Source of the DNA: Nannocystales bacterium
GTDB taxonomy: Bacteria > Myxococcota_A > Polyangia > Nannocystales > Nannocystaceae
Direction: 5' to 3'
NCBI GenBank assembly: GCA_050633305.1
Contig: JBOEGF010000010.1
Coordinates: forward strand, 841,915-905,914
DNA length: 64,000 bases
Shown here: positions 59,922 through 64,000 of the stretch, piece by piece
Layout: each line of letters opens with the position of its first letter
How positions within the stretch are numbered: the stretch's first letter is position 1
Position numbers and translations under genes: made by a program
The notes under the pieces: generated by a model
The model's input: the letters and a program-made list of their open reading frames with translations, nothing else
Told to the model about the DNA's origin: nothing
The model's database searches: none

Positions 59922-60938
59922 TCATGGGCGCAATCCCCCGCCGGCTCCTGGGAGTACAACGCGAAGCTGTGCGCCGATGAACACCGGCACCGGGAGATCT
60001 TGAGCGTAGAGACGGACCGTCTCTTCGAGGTCGCGGGTGTCGTAGCAGGTCGCGGGAGTCTCGTTGGGCCTCGCTGGGGTTTCCGAGTCCACACACACTT
60101 GCCCTGCAAATCCGATGGTGACGTCGAACCGGGGGCCGAGGGAAACGTTGCGACCGATGAACACATCGAGCCCGCCACCGAGTCGAACACTTCCGCGGGA
60201 GACGGTTTCCTTGTACTGCACACCGCCCACCTGGACTCGCGAGACCGTACGGGTGTAGCCCAGCCGCGTCGAGACGTACGGGTCGAGACGACCCTTGCGC
60301 TTGAAGAACAAGCTCAGCCCACCGCCGGCGCCGAAGAACGATGTGCGGGAGGAGTCGATCGTGCCAGGAGGGAGGAGGAGTTGGTCTTCGAGCGTCGACG
60401 TGTCGTCACTTCCCGAGCCACCGTCCACGCTGACATGCGGCATCAGGGTTCCGAACCGGAAGCCGAGTTCGAGCTGGCCGCCGAAGCCCCCGCGGTATGA
60501 CTCGCACCAATCGTGGCCGCACAGCGTGGCGCCAACCGCCGGTGCGATGACGAACCCTCGGCGCACCAGATCCTCCGGATCCAACCTCGGAGGATCGTCG
60601 CGCCTTGGTCGAGGTTCGAACTCGGTTTCAGCCTCAGTTTCAGGCTCCGGTGGCAACGGCTCCAGGATGTGGGTGAACTCGTCGAGCTCCGCAGCCCTGT
60701 CGACGTCCGAGAGCGGTGGCGAAGGCTCCGTTGTGGGCGGAGCGGGTTGGGGCGGCGCGGGTTCTGGTTGGGGCGGAGGTTCGGCCTGCGTGGGCGGAGG
60801 TTTGGGCGCGGGAGCAGGCGCAGGCTCAGCCGTTTGCGGGCGCTGGACAGGCGTGGGGGCGCTCTTCGGCCGTTGAACGGGCGGGGGAGAACCGGTGAGG
60901 GCGCACAGCAGTGCGACGATGCCGAATCCTTCGGACAT
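59922..60938 (-). CDS. Exported protein with Pro-rich N-terminus and probable outer-membrane beta-barrel
   Basis: Pro-rich linker followed by about eight alternating beta strands (DPYVSTRLGY, GGGLDVF, LGPRFD). Confidence 0.65.
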   Translation of the reverse strand: MSEGFGIVALLCALTGSPPPVQRPKSAPTPVQRPQTAEPAPAPAPKPPPTQAEPPPQPEPAPPQPAPPTTEPSPPLSDVDRAAELDEFTHILEPLPPEPETEAETEFEPRPRRDDPPRLDPEDLVRRGFVIAPAVGATLCGHDWCESYRGGFGGQLELGFRFGTLMPHVSVDGGSGSDDTSTLEDQLLLPPGTIDSSRTSFFGAGGGLSLFFKRKGRLDPYVSTRLGYTRTVSRVQVGGVQYKETVSRGSVRLGGGLDVFIGRNVSLGPRFDVTIGFAGQVCVDSETPARPNETPATCYDTRDLEETVRLYAQDLPVPVFIGAQLRVVLPGAGGGLRP

Positions 60939-61227
60939 TGGCAGAGGTGTATCAGAAACCGAGACGCCCCCGGGGCGAGGTGTGCCGGGATGGGCACGTG
61001 CCGGGGGACGGCTCTGGAGCCGAGCGTGCGGAGCGTCGAGCCGCCGGGTCCCACAACGCTGAAACGGACCGCAGGACGACTTCGCGCACCTCGATCTGGC
61101 GAGCTAGACACCGTAGCAGCTCGAACTCGGGGTTTTCGAAATACGACAGCGCTGTCGCATTTGAGATGCGCCAGCGCGCGGCGGACCTTACGGCTCGGGG
61201 GCCGAGGTCCTGGTGCGAGCCGTCGCG

Positions 61228-62529
61228 TCAGATGCAGCTGGTGTTGTCGGCTGCGGCGATGGTGGAACAATCGCTGCCGCCCGCTGCACAGGAGCCGGTG
61301 GCGTTACAGGCGGTGCAGCTTGCCGAGGTGGCGTCCATGCAGTCAGGGTCGAGGACGCCGCATCCGCAGTGGCACGTCGCGTCGGCGAATGTCTCTTCGG
61401 GGCATGTCCAGCCCGCTGGTGCGTCACAACTCGTCGTGTCGTCCGGGGTGATCAGCCCGGGACACGCACCGCCGCCCTCCATGCACGAGCCGACGTCGTC
61501 GCAGCGATCGCAGGTCTCGAGCATGGTGTCCGCGCAGAAGTCGTCCGCGACTCCGCAGCCGCAGTCACAGATGACGTCGGTGTACGCGAGCGGAGTGCAC
61601 GTCCATTCCTTGGGAACCTCGGGCGTCGCGTAGGTGCCGTCCGCGACGATGATGCAGCCTCCATCTTCGACCGGCGTGCTGGTGATACCCGAGAAGGAGA
61701 CTTCAACCAGTTGGACGCCTTCGAACGTGACCGAGATTTCGCCCCCCTGGGGATCGTTTGCGACGTCGAGGCTTCCCTGGGACTGGAAGTACTGAACACC
61801 ACCAAAAAAATCCTGCTCGACCGTTTCGGGGCCGACGTCTTCGATGAGCCGGACACAGTGGCGGCAGGAGGAGTACTGGCTGTTGGTCGCGTCGCCGAGG
61901 TCGTGCGTTCCATCCCCGGCCCCGAACCAGAACTCGAGGCGGAACTCGTCGAGGGTGTCGGATCCCACCCCGAAGTCATCGATCTCCAGGAAAAAGCGCG
62001 CGGTATCCGGAGAAGGGGAGGAGCCTTGGTCTCGGAGCAGCCCGGAGGGGGTCACGGTCACACACTCGACGCCCCCGGTGTCGGTGTCGGTGTCGGTGTC
62101 CGCACCTGAGTCGGTGTCGGTGGCTGTGTCGGTCGTTGTATTCGTGCCTGTGCTGACCGAGTCATCCGACTCGTTCGTCGTAGTCGTCGAGTTGTCACCA
62201 GACGAGGTTGACGTGTCGTTTGAGGTCGTGACGGGCAGGCCTGTCGTGCCCGTGTCACACATGCAGGCACCCTGGCTGCCGTCTTGTTGGCAGACTTGGT
62301 TACCTAAAGATCCGTCAGGACAGCCGCACGCGGCCACAGAGAGAGGTTCGCAGCCCTGCGCACCGGTCGAGCCTGCGGCTTCGCAGATCCCCGCATCGCT
62401 GCACATCTCGCCATCAGCGCACTGTTGGTCGCTCGAGCAGTCGTCGAAATCGAGACCCAGCGAGCATCCGGAAGCTCCCCAAATGGAAGCGGAGAGCGAG
62501 GCAACAATCACCAGCGTACGAGAGACCAT
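61228..62529 (-). CDS. Cys-rich lipoprotein with two 'WTC...CxCGCG' modules
   Basis: ASGC lipobox, Thr/Asp linker, WTC...CDCGCG and WTC...CHCGCG. Confidence 0.75.
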   Translation of the reverse strand: MVSRTLVIVASLSASIWGASGCSLGLDFDDCSSDQQCADGEMCSDAGICEAAGSTGAQGCEPLSVAACGCPDGSLGNQVCQQDGSQGACMCDTGTTGLPVTTSNDTSTSSGDNSTTTTNESDDSVSTGTNTTTDTATDTDSGADTDTDTDTGGVECVTVTPSGLLRDQGSSPSPDTARFFLEIDDFGVGSDTLDEFRLEFWFGAGDGTHDLGDATNSQYSSCRHCVRLIEDVGPETVEQDFFGGVQYFQSQGSLDVANDPQGGEISVTFEGVQLVEVSFSGITSTPVEDGGCIIVADGTYATPEVPKEWTCTPLAYTDVICDCGCGVADDFCADTMLETCDRCDDVGSCMEGGGACPGLITPDDTTSCDAPAGWTCPEETFADATCHCGCGVLDPDCMDATSASCTACNATGSCAAGGSDCSTIAAADNTSCI

Positions 62530-62633
62530 TGTTGAACGGGACATCGCGGAGGAATCGACCCCAGAAGAGGGGAGGTTCGGAGCAGGAGTCTACACGAGCC
62601 GGCCAGGATGACCTAGCCTGGGCCCCCCTGTTC

Positions 62634-63443
62634 ATGGATTCCAAGACGCTCTTTCGCGAACCCACCGTTCGTGCCGCGATCGCGTGCACTGTTTCGTTCG
62701 GACTTGCAGGCCCCGCGCAGGCAAGAGTCCGGACCGCGCCGGAGGAAGCTGCCGGCGCATCCGAGGCCGGCAACCCTGCGCAGGCCGAGTTGGCTGCCGC
62801 TGCCGAGGCGTTCGAGGCCCGTGACTTCCACGCCGCGGTCGCACACTTCGAAGCCGCCTACGCGATCAACGAAGATCCCGCGTGCCTGTTCAACATCGGC
62901 CGGGTGCATGAGGAGGCGGGCGAGCTCGAGGCCGCGCTAGCGCGCTACGAGGAGTTCATGGTCAAGCCGGGGGTCACGCTCGACAACCGCGCGATGGCCA
63001 ACGATCGAATCCGAGTGCTGCGCGAGGTTCTCGACACCACGCGCGCTGCCGAGGAGGAGCCTGTTCCCCCGCCCGAGGCGGCTCCCGCTCCCCCACCGAC
63101 GGACACGGGCAGCCAGCAACCAGCGAACACGGGTCGCGGGTTGATCATCGCAGGCGCGGTCGTGACAGGACTCGGGGGCGCGGGACTGATCGGCGGTGGT
63201 GTGTTTCAAGCGCTGTCTTCGAGCAGCAGCAACCGGGTCGACTCCGCGCCGACCGCCGAGCGTCGCGACGAACTGGAAGAGGCCGCCGTTCGGGAGGCGA
63301 CGATCGGTGATGCGTTGTTGATCTCCGGCGCGGTCCTCGTGGCGGTCGGACTTCCGACGTTGATCGTGGGACTGGTGCGGCGCAAGAAGGCCCGGGCGGT
63401 GGCGTTCACGCCCACGGTTGGCGGATTCACCCTCCGGTTTTGA
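62634..63443 (+). CDS. Exported TPR protein (myxobacterial TPR/PEGA-associated type) with C-terminal hydrophobic segments
   Basis: AQA signal, 'FEAAYAI...LFNIGRVHE...YEEF', 'GLIIAGAVVTGLG'. Confidence 0.75.
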   Translation: MDSKTLFREPTVRAAIACTVSFGLAGPAQARVRTAPEEAAGASEAGNPAQAELAAAAEAFEARDFHAAVAHFEAAYAINEDPACLFNIGRVHEEAGELEAALARYEEFMVKPGVTLDNRAMANDRIRVLREVLDTTRAAEEEPVPPPEAAPAPPPTDTGSQQPANTGRGLIIAGAVVTGLGGAGLIGGGVFQALSSSSSNRVDSAPTAERRDELEEAAVREATIGDALLISGAVLVAVGLPTLIVGLVRRKKARAVAFTPTVGGFTLRF

Positions 63444-63453
63444 GTCGTGGGCG

Positions 63454-63574
63454 CCCCCCCAACCCCGACCCCCGCCAACCCCGACCCAGGGTTGTTGAGG
63501 GTCCGCCAACCCCCAACCCCCCGCCAACCCCCCAACCCCGACCCGCCAACCCCGACCCAGGGTTGTTGAGGGTC
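63454..63574. repeat. C-rich repeat with two exact 33-bp direct copies
   Basis: CCCGCCAACCCCGACCCAGGGTTGTTGAGGGTC at 63471-63503 and 63542-63574, embedded in CCAACCCC units. Confidence 0.85.
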
Positions 63575-64000
63575 GAGGTGGAAGATCGATGCGCAGGTGG
63601 GTTGACGAACGGCCCAACGCGGCGATCACAGGGCTGCCAACCGCAGTGGAGTGCTGCAGGGCGGGGTATCTCGCGGGCTACGTCTGACGAAGAACCAGCA
63701 CCCTCGGACGAGCGCTCGGCTCGCCTACTGCGCCTGAAGCAGAGCTGCCTCAGTTTTTCGCGACGTCGACTGCGACGCCGAAGCGCTGGACCATCAGGTA
63801 GGTCCCACGGGGGAAAACGGCATCCCGCTTCCCGCGTTCGAACAGCAAGCGCGCGTGCTCGTGAGCCTCGAGGAAAGCCTCGTTGCGTTGGAGTGCTTCG
63901 ATGCGGGCCCACTTGTTCTTGCCAGCCACGGTCGGTCGAATGCCGCGCCGCGGAGCCCGGGTCGGGGGGGAACTATCTGTGGGCTGCCGGCGAACACGCC

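Noticed and set aside
63471..63574. CRISPR array (33-bp repeat with 38-bp spacer geometry)
   Set aside because: Only two copies, the spacer is made of the same low-complexity CCAACCCC units, and no cas genes are present.

Overview
This is a high-GC, gene-dense chromosomal window. Gene content points to a myxobacterium, probably Nannocystaceae-like (inference): many Ser/Thr/Gly-linker Cys-rich lipoproteins, ECF/anti-sigma pairs, a Ser/Thr kinase-TPR receptor, a DUF2378-type protein and a vWA/CglB-like lipoprotein. Recognisable housekeeping genes are mtnA, dinB, orn, folK, cyaY, queE, asnS, hutF, a grxD fusion and a SWIM-SNF2 helicase. Three tRNAs are present: Lys-CTT, Asn-GTT and Val-TAC. No intact mobile element, prophage or CRISPR-Cas is visible. 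The most unusual items are five. (1) A ~275-nt densely base-paired non-coding segment with a tRNA T-arm-like end lies between a sigma70-like promoter and two atypical tRNAs (11041-11503). (2) A stand-alone 148-aa gene resembles only the N-terminus of IS1634 transposases and sits behind a 550-bp hairpin-rich leader (30834-31922). (3) A ~9-kb minus-strand gene run links an aspartyl protease, HutF, a di-heme lipoprotein and a GH3 amido synthetase. (4) Apparently leaderless promoters recur across the window. (5) A Grx4/degenerate-ATC/rhodanese triple fusion is present. All product calls come from motif recognition by eye; no database searches were run, and several start codons were re-chosen from the ORF track.
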